Positions 1 through 16,400 of a DNA stretch of 64,000 nt are shown in pieces. How positions within the stretch are numbered: the first letter of the stretch is position 1; each line of letters opens with the position of its first letter. The stretch covers positions 10,696,741 through 10,760,740 of the forward strand of contig OZ037768.1 of NCBI GenBank assembly GCA_964035545.1. Direction: 5' to 3'. The stretch comes from Bugula neritina (taxonomy: Eukaryota; Animalia; Bryozoa). Made by a program: the position numbers and the translations under genes. The notes beneath the pieces are model-generated. The model saw only the letters and a program-made list of their open reading frames with translations. It was not told the origin of the DNA and did no database searches.

Positions 1-483
1 GAAAATATCAGTATTTTCTACATTAATTTTTTGCATTGATAAATGATAATTACTGTATGGTATAAAATCTGTAAACTTTATAGTCATAGCTCTTGTAATT
101 TTCATAATCTGATTATTGCTGTTGGATTTTATTAGCAAAATCAAGGGTAGGATTATATATTGGCTGGTATTTTATTCCCTTATAGAAATGTAATGATATC
201 ATGAAAAACCAATCAATAAAAACATTTATTGAAAACTAACAGTAAGGTAAAATAAATGAAGCACAGCATTACGTTTATTACAAAGTGCTCTACACTAGAT
301 TTCAGTCTCATGAAACTGCCTCATGACTAAGAGCAAAAAGTTCAAGCTATGGAACTGTTTGTAAGTGGCTTATAGCCTTTTAGTTGATATACATGTTCTC
401 CAGGTGCTGTAGTTGTATATATGCATGTAGATGTTCATATCTAGGTATTGCTCGAAAGTCAGGTTTATTTTAAAAAAATCTTT

Positions 484-1811
<1,328 letters not shown>

Positions 1812-2254
1812 TGTGGTTTATTTAGGATCTTTGAATACTATTGTAGGGATGACCTAAAGTAACCAGTGAGTAAAATAATATATTAGTTTGATTTGAAAAC
1901 TGTAAATGCCTCTTTAAAAACGATGATTTATTGATGATTGAAATTTGAGCATACTTGAATATTCTGTGAATTTTTGTTCCGAATACTCCAAAATTTAATG
2001 CCTAATATCACTGTAAACTTTGCAGAAACTTAAAAATTCAACGGTAATGAATTACAATTTAATAGCATTCATATTGGTGTAAACTATAGTGAGATTGAAT
2101 AGAGGGTTGGATTTTTATTAGTGTAATTTTGAACACATATTCAATTTCAAAATCTGATGTCCAAGTGGGCAACATATAATTGTTAGTGCCCCGCTGTAAC
2201 TATGCACTATAGTCAGCTAAAATTTAAAGTTTATGAATTACACTTCAGCCTTAA

Positions 2255-2467
2255 AGGTCACCTGACACCGTACAATTTTGTTATAAAGCTTGAGATTTAC
2301 TTATTTTAAGCTGCATTGAGAGATGTGTATCAGAAAATACGGTAGCTGTGAAACCAGGTCATTCAAATGCACTATTTAAGATTACTTGAATCCAAAATGA
2401 TAATGATACTGACACTGATTAGATTAAGTAAATATTAAGCTTTCCAATAAAAATGCTAGGTGTACCT
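2255..2467. mobile_element. Short non-autonomous DNA element, Kolobok-like MITE
   Basis: TTAA on both sides (2251-2254, 2468-2471); imperfect TIRs AGGTCACCTGACA / TGCTAGGTGTACCT. A TTAA TSD with AGG..CCT termini is Kolobok-like. Confidence 0.55.
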
Positions 2468-2849
2468 TTAAGTATAATCTGAATTTTATTATTTGTTTAG
2501 TAGGCTTAATCAAACAGACTTATACTGATTACTATTCTAAAATTTATAATTATAAATGTAGAAATCATTATTTAAAATCACTGCCAACAATAACAATTGT
2601 TTACTTACAGCCACTTTTTATATACTAATTGATTGCATTTAATTATCCATTTAACAGCAAGCATTCATATTATGATTATAATGATCATTGTAATTATGAT
2701 GAGTCTAACTACAAGTATAACTATTACTTTTATCAACAGCAATATCAATAGTCATTTGCTAAACAGGCATCAGCATGCTTACAGTACTGTGAAATTAATT
2801 ATATAGTCTTAAATAGCAATGTTAATTCTCAAAATTTTGTTCATTGCCA

Positions 2850-4240
2850 TTATTATTTATATATTAGTAGTACTGTTAGTATTACTGCCACGAAGAGTAT
2901 GTATAATACTACCTGTACTAGTACTAGTAGTTCAGTAGAATAAAGCTTATTAGACAGTTATAGCTGTGATAGGTAATAAATCTGACGCTAATAGTAATAG
3001 TCTATTAGTTGTTTTTAGTCTTCGTTTCTTACTAAGGTCTCGATTCTTCAGTGGAATTACAACTACTAGCAGTAGTACTAGTAGCACTAGCAGTAATAGT
3101 AATACCACTACCTGTAGAAGTAGGTCATAATCGCAAAAGACTCCTAGTAGTACTAGTACTAGTAGAACTAAGCTGTTTTTTGTTAGCTAATAATTATAAT
3201 ATAAGCATTACTGGAAGTGTTGGCATAAGTGTAATAGTAATAGTAATACTACTACTAGTAATAATAGAAAATACTAACTAGTATTATGTTAACTTGAAAG
3301 TTGAACTACTACCAGCACTACTATTATTATAACAGCATAACAATAACATTAGTCAGTAACTTAAATTAGTGCTACTAGTACTACTACCAGTAGTGCAGTG
3401 TCGCCAGTAGAAGTAGTCCAACTGGCAGTAATACTGAGACTCAGACTGAGTATGACTATGACTATCACATGAGTATCAAATATCAGTATGACTACCGGTA
3501 CTGACAATATATTTAGAATAGAGTGAAAGTGAATAATCATAATGAATGTCATTACGATTATGATTATCAGTATCACATTCTGATTCAGTTTCAATATGAG
3601 TATCGGTATGACATGACAATCACAATGTGAATGTCTATCACTATTGACTGAATTATTGAGTATCACTATCACAGATCAATAGACTATTAGATTCAGTATC
3701 ACTATCATTATGATTGTGATGAAATCACTGAACGAGTAGAACTACGAGCATGAAGATGATGATGATAAACTATCATAATGATAATCAATGATGGTCATAA
3801 TCATAATCACTATTATCATAATGATCAGTTGAACTTAAAGTTGGTCATCATGATCAGGATGATGATGAAGTGACACTGACTAAGTTACTCACTATGACTA
3901 TGACTAAGCATCATGATCATCGTCATCATCATATTACTAGTCATATTTTAAATTATACTTATTCTTATTGTAAATATAAATAATAAACATAATGATAATC
4001 TAAATCACTATGATTATCATTGCTGATTACTCATAGTCACATTCACATTGATCGTCATTTACTAAGTGATTTACTTTTACTTTTAGTTTTACATTTACAA
4101 TTTGAACTACTGAATTAGTATTACTTACTATTACTGCTTACTGGTTAGTGGTTAGGTTTAGTCAATTAGTGATTACCGTTACGGTCAAGTTAAGGTTTAA
4201 CTAATATCTTTACTAAAAGAACATTACGGCTATAACTAGC
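2850..4240. repeat. Cryptic 3/6-nt periodic low-complexity tract in UBE2N first intron
   Basis: Successive zones of TAG/TAC/TAA triplets (about 2850-3420), ATGACT/ATCACT-type hexamers and GAT/ATC triplets (about 3430-4060) and TTA-anchored hexamers (about 4070-4240); no perfect microsatellite. Confidence 0.85.
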
Positions 4241-4606
4241 CACCCTAAGTTCGAGCATTGGTTGCAAATTTGATTTGAACTTGTATTTGAAGACGTGTTA
4301 ATTTGCATTATTTGAATTTACTAGCCGAAGTATGATGATGATGATCATATAGGGCAAGTGTATCTATGCGAGTTCACAAGGCGAAGGCCTTTGTTCCTAT
4401 ATTTGGCCACTGACAGTTTGAGGCTAAGGACTAATTTGATTGTTGAAATTGAAATTGAATGCATAGTGTTCAGCTTTGAATTTAAAATTATACAATTTTG
4501 ATATTATGTTTACGTGGTACTAATATAGTAATATGCTACATTCTTTTTATTTGATAAATTATTATTGCTCGAAAATCAATAACATCCTCATTACACGAAC
4601 ACTAAC

Positions 4607-4740
4607 CGCCCGTTGTACTGCGATGGGTAACATGCTATTGTCTCGTGGTGGCTTGAGCTCTTTATTCTCGAACTACTTTTGCTAGGTCGCTGCAAAATCC
4701 GCCTCTGGTGCTGATTCATGAGAGGAAAACCCCTACTGAA
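4607..4740 (-). promoter_or_regulatory. Probable non-coding first exon/promoter of UBE2N
   Basis: Locally CpG/GC-rich patch ending in a minus-strand donor GCG|GTTAGT at 4606; matching acceptor TTTAG| at 1854, upstream of the ATG exon. The TSS itself is not determinable. Confidence 0.5.
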
Positions 4741-7700
4741 AAAGTTTGCTCTAGCAAAAATGACTCGACCAATTAATTTCTTGTAGGTGCTATTAATTTG
4801 GTAAACTATACCTACAAAATTATTGAGTACAACAAATGCTGTATTTATTTAATCTCAATCAAGCTGATGTTTATTTACCTGGTGCTATAAATTTCTGCAA
4901 ATGTCATTAAAAATAAATAGTAGTAGTGCATACATGAAATTTTATGATCAGAATCAAATTTGAAACACAAATACAGGCGAGTATGAAATATGTTTAACAC
5001 ATCTCCTGTATGGTGACTATTTATGTACAATATATGCTGGTTCTTTACTGAATGCAAATGGACAACTGAAGAACAATTGTACAGATAATATATTTTATAG
5101 TAATCATAAAACTAGCCATAACACTACTGAATTTTTGTAATAAAGAGCAAGTCATAATTATAATATATGAAAAGTATATATTATATTTGTATATATTAGA
5201 TAAAAATATAGAAGATAGAAGATACATGCAAGAAAATAATATATTAATATTTATTTATATATACAACAACATAGCATATAACTATAGCATAAATTAATTA
5301 TATTTCCCGCTACCCGAACAGGACAAAGCGGAGATAGTTGAGAGAAAAGGTGAGAATAAATTAATTATATTTATAGTGAACAGGACCATTTTTCAGATCA
5401 TGCTGCCTGCCTATCTCATGCAGTGAGTTCTTGATGTCACAAACTAACTTTACCAGCAAAGCTAAAATTAGCAAAAGTGACTCGTCACCTAGGCCAACAC
5501 CTGCTAGCTGATCAGCTGTATTACTTATACAATACAGTTCCAAGCTTCGCATTATTTGAATGGATTTTTCATTTAGTGTTTGGAAACGGTTGCATTGGTT
5601 GCATCGAATGAAACCTCAACGATAAGTTCATGCAGACCAAACCCACAAACTTACAGTAGCGAGCACCCATTCACATAATGTAATGGAGTAATGGAGTAAT
5701 GAAGCAATGGAAACGCAGTAATATTAAATTAACAGCATCAAATAATAACAACTTGCTAAGAAAGTGCTGCTACACCAACACATTTTCTGTGACCACTGAC
5801 TTCTAACATCAGCAACCCATCAAAACTTTTACTAGTAGATTGGCTGTACACTTTTTCAACACAGACACTGATTAAATATATCTTCCATTAAAATTATTAT
5901 AGCAGCGTTTATCACACTGTATTAAATATACTTGATTTTGTACTTGTGTTTTTGTTACAAAGGTAAGTTAGTTGCAACACTTTATCACAGTTGAGAGGGA
6001 AGTTGAAAACTGACACAAGTAAAGAACTAATTTGATTGGAGGAAATATTATGATTCAGTTGCCTATAATCTAGATAGTTATAAAATTTACATTTGTCAAA
6101 ACAGGTTGTAAAAGCTGCTTTAAAACCAGTTTAACTCAATTTAATCAATTTTTTGTAATTAAAGAAACAAGTACTAATTAACTTGTTTTGAAATTAGGTT
6201 TTGTAGTATATTTCAGTAGTATTGCTGTGACATAAAAGCATTAATGGGTTTTATCTATTAATCACATTCACCTTCCCTTTAACTAGAGCACAAGCCCACA
6301 GCACATGCATGCATTCTATATACTATTATATAATTCTAGCAAGCACATGTTATGATTGGAGAAAACACCTCTACAAGCACTTGATTTTGTGCGCAATTTA
6401 TCAAATAACATGAATTTATTAGAAAATCTAGAAAACCCTTGTGCATGTTCCAGGAATTATATTATTTTTTAAGTATTTGACTGTACAGCATATTTTATTA
6501 TATTATAACCTAATAACTTATGATTTTTCGTTTTATAGTAGTAAGGTTAGCTTGAAGAAAAAGCTTTATGCTTTTAGCAATCTTGATATTTGAATTCTAT
6601 AATTCACAAAATATTTTACGTATTGCTAACTTACAAGTTTTAGATTACGAGACCTGGTGAAATTATGACAATAATAGTATAATGCAGAGTTGTTTACTCT
6701 TTAGTCTTTAGATCATAGGTACATGTTAAGAGATTTGATCTCTTTTCAATTTTCATAATGATGATTTTTAAATAAATGTTTACTCACTGTGACATCAACT
6801 GACATCCTTTTCTACACCTCTAACTGCAAATCTGCCATTAGAGTTTTATTCCATTACCATCTACTGCATGCTTCATTGCTATATAATATAGCCTCATCAG
6901 TCTGTTATAACTTATAATGATTATTTCCAACTTTTAGTAAATTTTCCAGGATCTAGATTCTATAATTAATCTTTATAAACAGTGGGCCAGTGAATGTGAG
7001 CAGATGATTCCTTACCAATTCAACCTTTAATAAAAGGTCATCACATGAAACACCTGTAAAAATTGTCTTGACATGTAATATAATAATTACCAACAGTGAA
7101 GTATTATGATAAATTAACTAACATACAAAATCCTTTAAACAATTCCTAAAATTAGATTAATATTATGAAAACTTTAAATTTATGTTTTGCTTTATATTTA
7201 ATCTGTTGATAGATAAACAAGACTTAAATATTTTTGAGTAAGTCGTAAAATCTTTTAAAGTTAACAACCATAACACTCAGTACTGCTTACGCGTGTGATG
7301 TACATGATCATTTTCTGGTCGAAGGCATTCCGGTTCCTACTGTAGCTATATTATTTACCAATTAAAAACAAACAGTTTATTTACCCACAATTCTGTTTCT
7401 TTAGCAATCTGGGTTACTAAAGAAATAACCTGATATATAAATTCTAAAGTGTTTTAATTCAGATCGACATGCAATAATGTGTTTATTGAAACTCGGGCAT
7501 ATACTTTAACAATGTTGCTGATAATATGTAGTTCTTTATAAATATCTATACTTTATAAAATTGGTTTTAGTGGAATCTAGACTTGTGTTGAAAAGCTGTT
7601 TTAGATGCAGTTAGCAATTAATGGCCTTGTTGACATAAACGCTATTATTTTTTTTTTAAATTGTACATATTATACCTGTAACACATGCTGCTTTTAGTAT

Positions 7701-9033
7701 AATACTGATCATAAACATTTGAACTGAATGTATTTTTAATAAATAATTAGCTTAATTAAAGCAAGTAACAGGTATATTGATTGGATAGATTTTATACAGT
7801 GAACACCATTGCTAGTGATTTGTGCAGCTCATGCTATTTATCAGGAAACTGAAATGTCATGCTTATTATTATCTAACAATTGTCTTGGGAATTGGAAGAA
7901 TTGAACTTTATACCAACCAGGTTTCAATGCCCACAGTTGAGTACAAAGGCCTAATTTATCTTACAATGCTTGCATTTTTAAGACCAACTGTTTTATGCAG
8001 TGTTGGTGTGGAATTTCTTACAAATTATAGGTTTGCAAAGTAAGGGAGAAATGCACCACACAGCTATTATAGTAGATAATTCTTCGTGTGAGGGTGAGTA
8101 AGGTACTGTTGAGGTTTGTAGAAGACAAGCTTGTCTAATTATTTCAAATGCAGCCTTGGTTCTATAAATAGAAAACCAGCCAGTTATAAAGAGATATTCC
8201 GACAGACAAAATTGTATATTAATGATGGTTGACCTCTGAAAATGGCTACAGGCCGACACTTCGCAGGAATGATGCTTACACAAAGTCATTCATTTCTCAA
8301 CATTTTTACCCCAGACTTTAGTGTGACTGAAGCAAAGAAGACTCCATTTTTACTGTTATGCGCATAGCCTACTGATAATGTGCCTGTTGGACATTCTTAC
8401 AGTTTCAGCTTGATATTATAAAATAAACAGCATAAATATGTTCCAGAGTTTGCTAAATTTCAGCAACATTGCCAAAATATCATGTGACAAGTGAAATACA
8501 TGACTCATGTTTTTCTATATCTCACGGGCAGAAGTTGTAGTGCATTATAATTCCATTGCCCAGCGGCTATACATGTTTATGTAATACCACACACTTGACA
8601 GAACTCGACAGAACAGAGTAAATTTAATTCAAAGTACAGCAAATTTTATTATGATGTGCACTAATAATCAATACTTCCACTAAAAAGCTGGAATGAAACT
8701 GTATACTTCTCAAACTGCCACAGTGTAACATAACATCTTATAGACAGCACTATAGTATATGTACAATTATTTAAAAACAAATGACTATAATGCATGGAAT
8801 ACAAAAAATACATTTTTTTTTACAAAATTTTCCTACTATAGAATTCTGTAGTATCTACAGCTCACAATAATGAAATATTGCAGGAAATATATAGTACAAA
8901 TTTGATGCTATTCTCATAGCAAATAGTTAGTTTGGACTTTGCACAATATTGAAACAAGCAGGTGACTGCTTATGAAAGAAGGGCTGCCATTTGTAGAGTC
9001 AGCACTTGAATATCAGCTGCTCAGTCTACACTT

Positions 9034-12000
9034 TCACTTGGATGGTGGAAACATGCTTGGATGTAAAACTACAATAGAAAGAATAACCGTTAAAAAGTTT
9101 AAAATATTGTAAATTATTGTTGAAGAGTGCAAAGATACAAAAAATCTCTAGCATAGACACCAGATGTGAACTCACCTCCAGAACCGTAGGAGTTTAACAA
9201 AACTGCTGCCGCTGCTGCCGACTGCAATGCTGCCTGTGAAGTAATTGGCTGGTTCTTGGCGCACATCATCCTGTCATTGGATGATGGAGGCCTAGGAGAT
9301 TTGTTCAACTGAACACCTTCCAATTCATGTATCTTGTGACCGGATTTAGAAGGGAATGGGGGTGTGGGACTGCCTCTGTGGTCTTTATTGTGTTCTGCAG
9401 CCATTGATCCCAAAGTTGAGAAACCAATTCCTGGAGGTAAAAACGAGCCACCAACTCTAGAGAGCATTTGGCTGGTAGGAATACCTGGCAATGAACCAAA
9501 AGGGAGGAATGTATTAAACGGAGTGAGGAAACCTTGCGGATGAGAAGGAGGGAGCGTAGAGTGGGGCACCCGGTCATGTGCCTTACTAGAACTACTTGAA
9601 GATGGTATTTTAGCTGCTGGTGAATGGTTCTTCATGGAATCCCTTTTGTGATGATCTTGATCAATGTCTCTGTACATATTAATGTCACTGGATTGATTTG
9701 AGTATGCAGACATTGTATAATCTCGTGGCATATCTGACCGATTTATATTAGTTTTAGCATCCTTGCTTTCTTTCAGAATCTGCAGCCTGTCATTACTAGC
9801 TTTACTGTCCAAGTCTCTATTTGATGTGGAGACTGAGTTCCTTATAGCGCTACCTTTAGGGGATACTGACTGGTGGCCCCTTTCGCGATTGAGTTGATTT
9901 TGAAAGTTTGATAAATGAGAATGCAATAATTCAGGGTTCATTGCGCTGGGCCATGCTGGGTGTTGAAGATAGTTTGGCATAGATTTGTAATTAGCTTTTT
10001 CATCGGTTTTAGCTGGTGCAGGTGAATTGGAGGGAGTGTGACGACTTACAGGGCGTTTATTGTCTTTTTCAGTGAGAGGAGCATTTTTCTGGGGACTCAC
10101 TGTAGCCACCAGATGTGGAGGTTGGGGGTGCATAGAGTTTTCCGTCATGTTAACTCTGCCAGTTAAAAGTTCACGTCTTCCTAAAAAATTATTCTTTCCC
10201 TCTCCATCTTCGGATATGTCAGAATATGACGGACTGCGGAGTAAATGAGATGAATCACCCGCGTTGATCATACCCCCAGTACTCAGCAAACCTCGGTGCT
10301 CAGTGTCAAACCTGTGCATACTTCCCATAGGTGGTTTCTGAATTTCTGAGCCATTATACATATTTACTAAATCTTCTTTGCTTGCTGAACGTTTTCGCTT
10401 CAACTTCTTTTGGTCCATTAAATCATGAAGAGAAGGATTTGGAGTCACCTCCCCTAATATTGTAGGCTTCGGCTGAATTGGTTTTAGACCAGGGTTATAC
10501 ACACTGGGCGACGTAATAGTTGATATTGGAGCCATCGTACTGCTGGTCACATTTGGCTTGGAGATTAATCTGGGTGGTGCTGAGTTAGCTACGGTTCTAG
10601 CAGTTGCTGTGGATGTTAAAGGAGGAATATTGCTATTCAATGAAAGCTGGTCGCTACTCTCACTAGTGTTATTAGGTTTGACTACTTGGGGGGTGACTGC
10701 AGCAACTGGCACATTATTAGATTGAGGTGTCGTTGGATTTGTCAAGCTATTTGCAGTGGGAGTAATTACTGATGTAGTGTTGCTTTTTACAGGAAGATCA
10801 GATGTAGCCTCTGTCACCATATTGTCTTTAACATTTTTACTTGATTCAGAAGTCTTTTTATCTTTAGTACTGGATGACTTCACTTTACCAGGTTCTTCAG
10901 GGGAAGATACAGACTCTGTTTTATCTACTGATTTTGTTGTGTTGGACGAACTAGTGTGAGGGGATCCTGCTGGGTGAGCATTCCTTTGATGGTACCTCAG
11001 GCCTATCATCTGCTTGTACTTCTTATTACAGTTGGGCTCTGGACACTCTATCCTGGCTGGAGGAGATGGTGGATTGGGATTGTTAGCTGCTCTGCCTCTC
11101 TTTGGAGGTGGTTCACTTACATCACACTCTGAACTTCTTCCTTTACGCTTTCCATTTTCAGGTTTAAGGGGACTAGGAGGCGACTTTGGCCGTGATTGAT
11201 TTTGATCTGAAAATCATGCAAATAAGATTAGAAAAAGACTAATTGAAGAGGCAGGAAGTTAGGGTGTTGTAAACAAAGAGCAAAACAGTTTCCACTGAAA
11301 GTATAATTATATTTATGAGCTAAAATTAAACAAAAAAATATTCCAGATAGTTGAGAAAAATAATGCAATTCTTACTAGATTGTTTTCTCATCTCCTTCCT
11401 AAGTTTTCTTTCATTGATATCCTTAAATGTGTCACTTAATGGAACTCTAGACCGCTTTCCTCTCCCTTTAGGGGTCCTACCCTCAAAATCACCAGTTGGG
11501 GAATCACAACTACAAGTAAATGAAGTCAAGTCAAAAAGTGACAATTATTGCTACCAAAATTCTCTCTAACATTAGATAACATTTAAAATAATGCTAACAC
11601 AAGTAATACTAGACTGGACATAGCAAAAACCATTACTACATAACTTTAATTATCATAATCTCCCATAAATTATACCTTGGTGGGGACCAGTCGTGTTTGG
11701 TTGCATCCAAAAGTGTACCCATATAGGTTTTTCCTTTCCATGTTACATTCACAACTAGTACACCTATAACAATAGCAATTAGATTGTGTATTCATTCAGT
11801 AAGTGGCACTCCACCTCTATAATAATTAAAAACACCCACCAATAAACACAACTAACCCAAAAATATAATTTAAATATTCCTGGTTATTTACAGATGCCCA
11901 AGAGGCCAATATGAACAAGTGTTAAAGAAAGTCAATGACTCATTTTACAGTCTATATTTACTGTTATAATAGATTCCCAAATAATAATTTTACTATAATA

Positions 12001-13457
12001 ACAAGCTAGCTACTTTTGACGATTACCATTATTAGTCTCTTGCCACACAATTCCCTCTAGACACACTTGGGTGCCGGGCTCACATGGACCCAAACCTTCT
12101 GGCTCAGTAACTACAGCCACACTTCGCCAGTCATATTCAGTCTGTGCGTCTTTACTAGCTTTAGTTTCACCTTTCTGCTGATAAAAAATCAATAGTTATC
12201 AATAAAAAATGAAAAATGTTACAACCTTCATTTCTTGCCTTTGAAAGGTATTTTTAGAATTCTTTAAAATATGCAAATCATGGTATGCTATTCAAGTCTG
12301 GATATACTGTAAGCTATACCAGCCATAAATTAAATTACAAATAAGCAAGAAGTCAACATTGAATTTCATAGCAAAAAGTGTTGAGAAGTTTCACCTCCGT
12401 ATTAAGCAATATAATACTCAAAAAGCATAAGTGAAGCATTTAAATTTAGGACATCTACATAATAATTGCTCAACATTTTGTTTTATATTAACTAACTGAC
12501 TGAAGTTCTAGATTGAAAAGATTTGATTCTCTGAACATGGAAAACAATAGTAGTGAAAAGGTCGGTAAACAAACAGATGGAGATAAAAAGGATTATTATC
12601 TGCACTTGCACTAAGCAAACAATATAGGCAGGCCATAACAGCAATAATAGAAAATTCATAGGCAACTTTGCTAAATACAGCTACATCTAATTAAACTACA
12701 CATAATGTATAAAGTTTTAGAATATTGTAATCCCCAAATCAACAGGATGCTTCAAGCTTACAGGTACAATAACCACACAAAGAGATGTTGCAATACACCC
12801 AGTGAGAAGTGTAAACACAGCTAAATTATGCTAACCAGACATTGATAATTATATACACTTGAAACCACAACCTTAAACCAAAGTAGCCTCAGAAATAAGA
12901 GAAAGAAAAATCCGTTAAATAATTTTTACCTTTGTTTTGCCAGCTTTACCAATGGCAGTAGCAGAAACCTTCTCATCTGTAGGATCAAACTTGTATGGAT
13001 CATCTGCAGAGTTTTCAGCAATATTTGCCTCTAACTTTGGTGAGGGAGACTGTTTATCTTTCCTTTTTCTACCCGGCTTAGCACCGGCACTCTTTTCTTT
13101 ATCCACTTTGGCAGCTGCTTTACCAGCTTGCTTTGTGCCATTTTCAACTTTAGAATTATCATTTGATTTCTTCTGTCCTCTCCTGCCTTTAGTTTTTCCT
13201 ACGGAGTTGTTGTCAGTTTTATTGTTTTTGTTGTTGGACAAATTTTGTTGCTCTTTGGCAGAGTTATTGGAGCCATCCGATTCAGCTGATTCATCAACAG
13301 TTACTGAGGCAGCACCTTTAGTTTGTTTATTATCCATGTTGTCAGCGTCCAAGTCTATAACTAATTTATCTTCCCAAGATTCATCTTCAGAGTCATTCTT
13401 GGTGGTTTTAGCTTCGTTGCAGACGCCTGAAGACGAAGATTGATGAGTTCCTTTCAT
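9034..13457 (-). CDS. ZNF609: ZNF608/ZNF609 (brakeless/scribbler) family zinc-finger transcriptional co-regulator, about 988 aa, 6 coding exons
   Basis: Exons (minus): 13457-12930 ([12 protein letters not shown] motif), 12177-12027 ([25 protein letters not shown]), 11763-11676 ([29 protein letters not shown]), 11509-11376 (CDSP..GRGKRSR), 11206-9176 (single C2H2 finger [24 protein letters not shown], then [11 protein letters not shown]), 9068-9034 ([11 protein letters not shown]). All GT-AG and in phase. Presumed co-orthologue of vertebrate ZNF608 and ZNF609. Confidence 0.93.
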
Positions 13458-16400
13458 TTGGAACTAAGTTGATAATCTGCAAAAATTACAGAAGGTTTAC
13501 AGAAATTTTACAATTATTGTAAAACTATGCTGATGAAGCCATCTGAATGCAATGAATAATTGAGGCTATAATTTTCATAAAAACAAAATTTTGAAGCTTC
13601 CTATAAAATAAAAAAGAAAGTGAGAATTAAAACAGTATAAAAACAGGTAACGTGTTGCCAGGGTGGGGCTAGTTCAGGGATAACTCAGGTTAGGAAGGAG
13701 GCATATTCCAGAATTCTTTAACTGCCTCTACTTTTATCATTTATCATTGCCATTGATTAGCAAATCTCTTGAGAGTCCCCACAACTCGGAATCATGACAA
13801 CATTGCCAACTCTTAGAAGTGTTATCATTAATTTATCAATAGCACCCAGTGCAGATATATTCTGAACTGATACTGCACCAAACATTCTATCTTAAAAGGT
13901 TTAATTCAAAGAACTACAATATCAAAAAAAGTAGTCAAAACAACAAATGTCATCATTAATAATGTACAATACGCTGCAAGCATACTTTAAGTTTCACTAC
14001 CAGCAAAATTTTCAACTCTTTACTTCAGCATTAAACTTTTTCGATGCTAGAATGCAGGTTACCCCCCCCTCCCCACACACATAGTCATGTGAGCCTGAAA
14101 AACAGGTTTAGTTATAATCTTCTTAGTAATAAACACCGTTAGCTAAATGAGCTCAGCAATATCGATTCCAGTGATATTATATATGCAAATTTGTTATTAT
14201 CAAGGCAATGCCAATAAATATACTTAAAAATACAATAATCACCCCATTGATTCAGAGCAATGCAGTCACCATTGTTTTAAAGCGATTACTTCATGAATCA
14301 ATTGAAATTTAGACCGACTACTTGAATTTGTAAATTAGAAAGCAAAATATTTCAACTTGAGTTTCAATATTGAATAAACGAGCCTATTTATAAATAGGCA
14401 GTTGACATTCTAACGTAATTGCACGCACTTGAAAACTTCTTTATATAAGCCAGCTATGAAATGAATAACCATAAAACAAGGAGGCAAAAACAAGTCTTGA
14501 ATGGATTTAACTTTTATTTCTTTGCTCCATTACATTACTTTCATGATTAAGAGAGCTGATACTTGCAATCTGTGGGTGAAATAACAAATATGGTTAGGGT
14601 CATTTAAGCTGTGGCTATAAAATTTGTTTGCACTGGCTATTATTGCTATGGGTCTCACAATTTACACAAAACACAATAGTTGTGATAAACTGGCTGCTTC
14701 AAATAACAAGAAGGGCATTTGGTTTTTGTACTCAAAATACTAAAATAAGGAACAGCATAGCTGCATAGAAGTTCAATTAAAAGTAAATGGCGTTTGATGA
14801 AAAAAAGATTGCTGCGAACTTGTGGTTTCAATAACTGCCAATTGCCAGTGTAATGGATGTGCTGTTGTGACTACAGTTTCATAGAATGTAACCAATATAC
14901 CATCAATTTATTATACTTGTGCTAGATAATGCAGGGCAGTCCATCTGGCTCTTAGTCACTGCCTGAAATTATATATTCATGAGGCAACTGTATGTTTGTA
15001 ATTTAAAAAATTGTTATATTTCACAAGAATGTCCTAAAAATTGGTGCCAATTATCATGAATCAAAAATAAATTCTAGCTGATTGGCTACTGACAATTACT
15101 CCACACAAATATTTATCCTGTAACATCAGGCAGATAAACACTGGCTTACACCAGCTTACATTCCCTAAAAAGACTTGCGATATTTTATTAGAGCTCAAAG
15201 AGAGGAGGTAGTGAAGAAAGCAATAACAGAGTGTGTATGCTAATGCGGGTTCTTTGCCAAGCTAATGCAGCTGCAAATGCTAAGCACTAATCATTGTAAT
15301 ACAATAACACTCTTTAAGTTTATTAGTAATTATTGGATGGTTATCAGTGTGGTTAAGCTCTTGCACAATTACTAGCTAGAAACATTATCATCATATATCG
15401 ATAACTAATTCTTAATGCTAATAATGTCGATCCAACTTTATTTGAGCCTAAAAATATAATTTGGCATGGTTCCAAGTTCCAAGTTTCATATTTCAACTTC
15501 GAAATGTGTTTGTCAGATGAACTGCCGGACTTGCTTGCATGTTTATGAAATGTTGAAACATTTTAATGAAATCTAAATGGCAATTGAATGGGGAAGTTGC
15601 CATATCAAGAAAGATACTTTAGATTAGAGATAAAATTGAATACAGCAGTTTATTTAACAATGGGACACTCAAAAAATCAACTCTAATAAAAGTTGGTGAA
15701 TAGCTTGATCGGTAAATTGCACTACAAGGAAAATTGGTTTTTTTTATTATAGACAATTGAAATTAGCTTAGCTTAGCCAGGAACTTTCAGTCTAGGAACA
15801 AACTTCATAACAAGACTTCTCTACAGTTCATATTTTTCAGTTTGTTACAACCAATGAATGGATTGATATCTGATACCAAAGTGTATTTTCAATGACTCTA
15901 ACAACCCCGAGTTTTCCAACTTGTTCTCGCATTAATCAAGGAAACTGATCAATTAACAAGACAATAACAACCCACAACTATATGCTACGGTACAAGCATA
16001 GATAAAACTACAACTATTAAGTTCACAGTTGCCATTGAACAAAAGATCTAGAAGTAAAAGAAAAAGTTCCAAACCCCTACCAGATCCCAAGGTTGCTGTG
16101 GCATAGTAGACAACTTCAATGCATCGATTTTACTTTTAAAGATAAACCCAGGTAATGCCAGACTCCCAAAACTGTCAAACTTCAAATAAACGCAGTATTT
16201 ACTTTTAGATCAAGGTGCACCAAAGACTTAGACTAGCTCCATATCCATTACATATACAACGATGCTCTACAGCTCCACTTACTTGCCAACTATTGAACCA
16301 AAGTTGAAAATCTAATCATTGTACTTGTAGAGTAAAGTTACAATCACAATGGCAGTACTTAGTCTTTTATTAAAACCAGCAGTGATTACACCAGCCTTTG

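Noticed and set aside
3051-3672. Hydrophobic ORFs 3051-3281 (+) and 3361-3672 (-)
   Set aside because: By-products of the triplet-periodic low-complexity tract; non-ATG starts and no domain signal.
5300-9000. Additional gene between UBE2N and ZNF608/609
   Set aside because: Only short ORFs without recognisable motifs or a consistent exon chain; part is probably the ZNF608/609 3' UTR (minus-strand AATAAA at about 8650 and 7487).
12937-13443. 168-aa plus-strand ORF, and similar ORFs at 10060, 10756, 11014, 11351
   Set aside because: Antisense shadows of ZNF608/609 exons.
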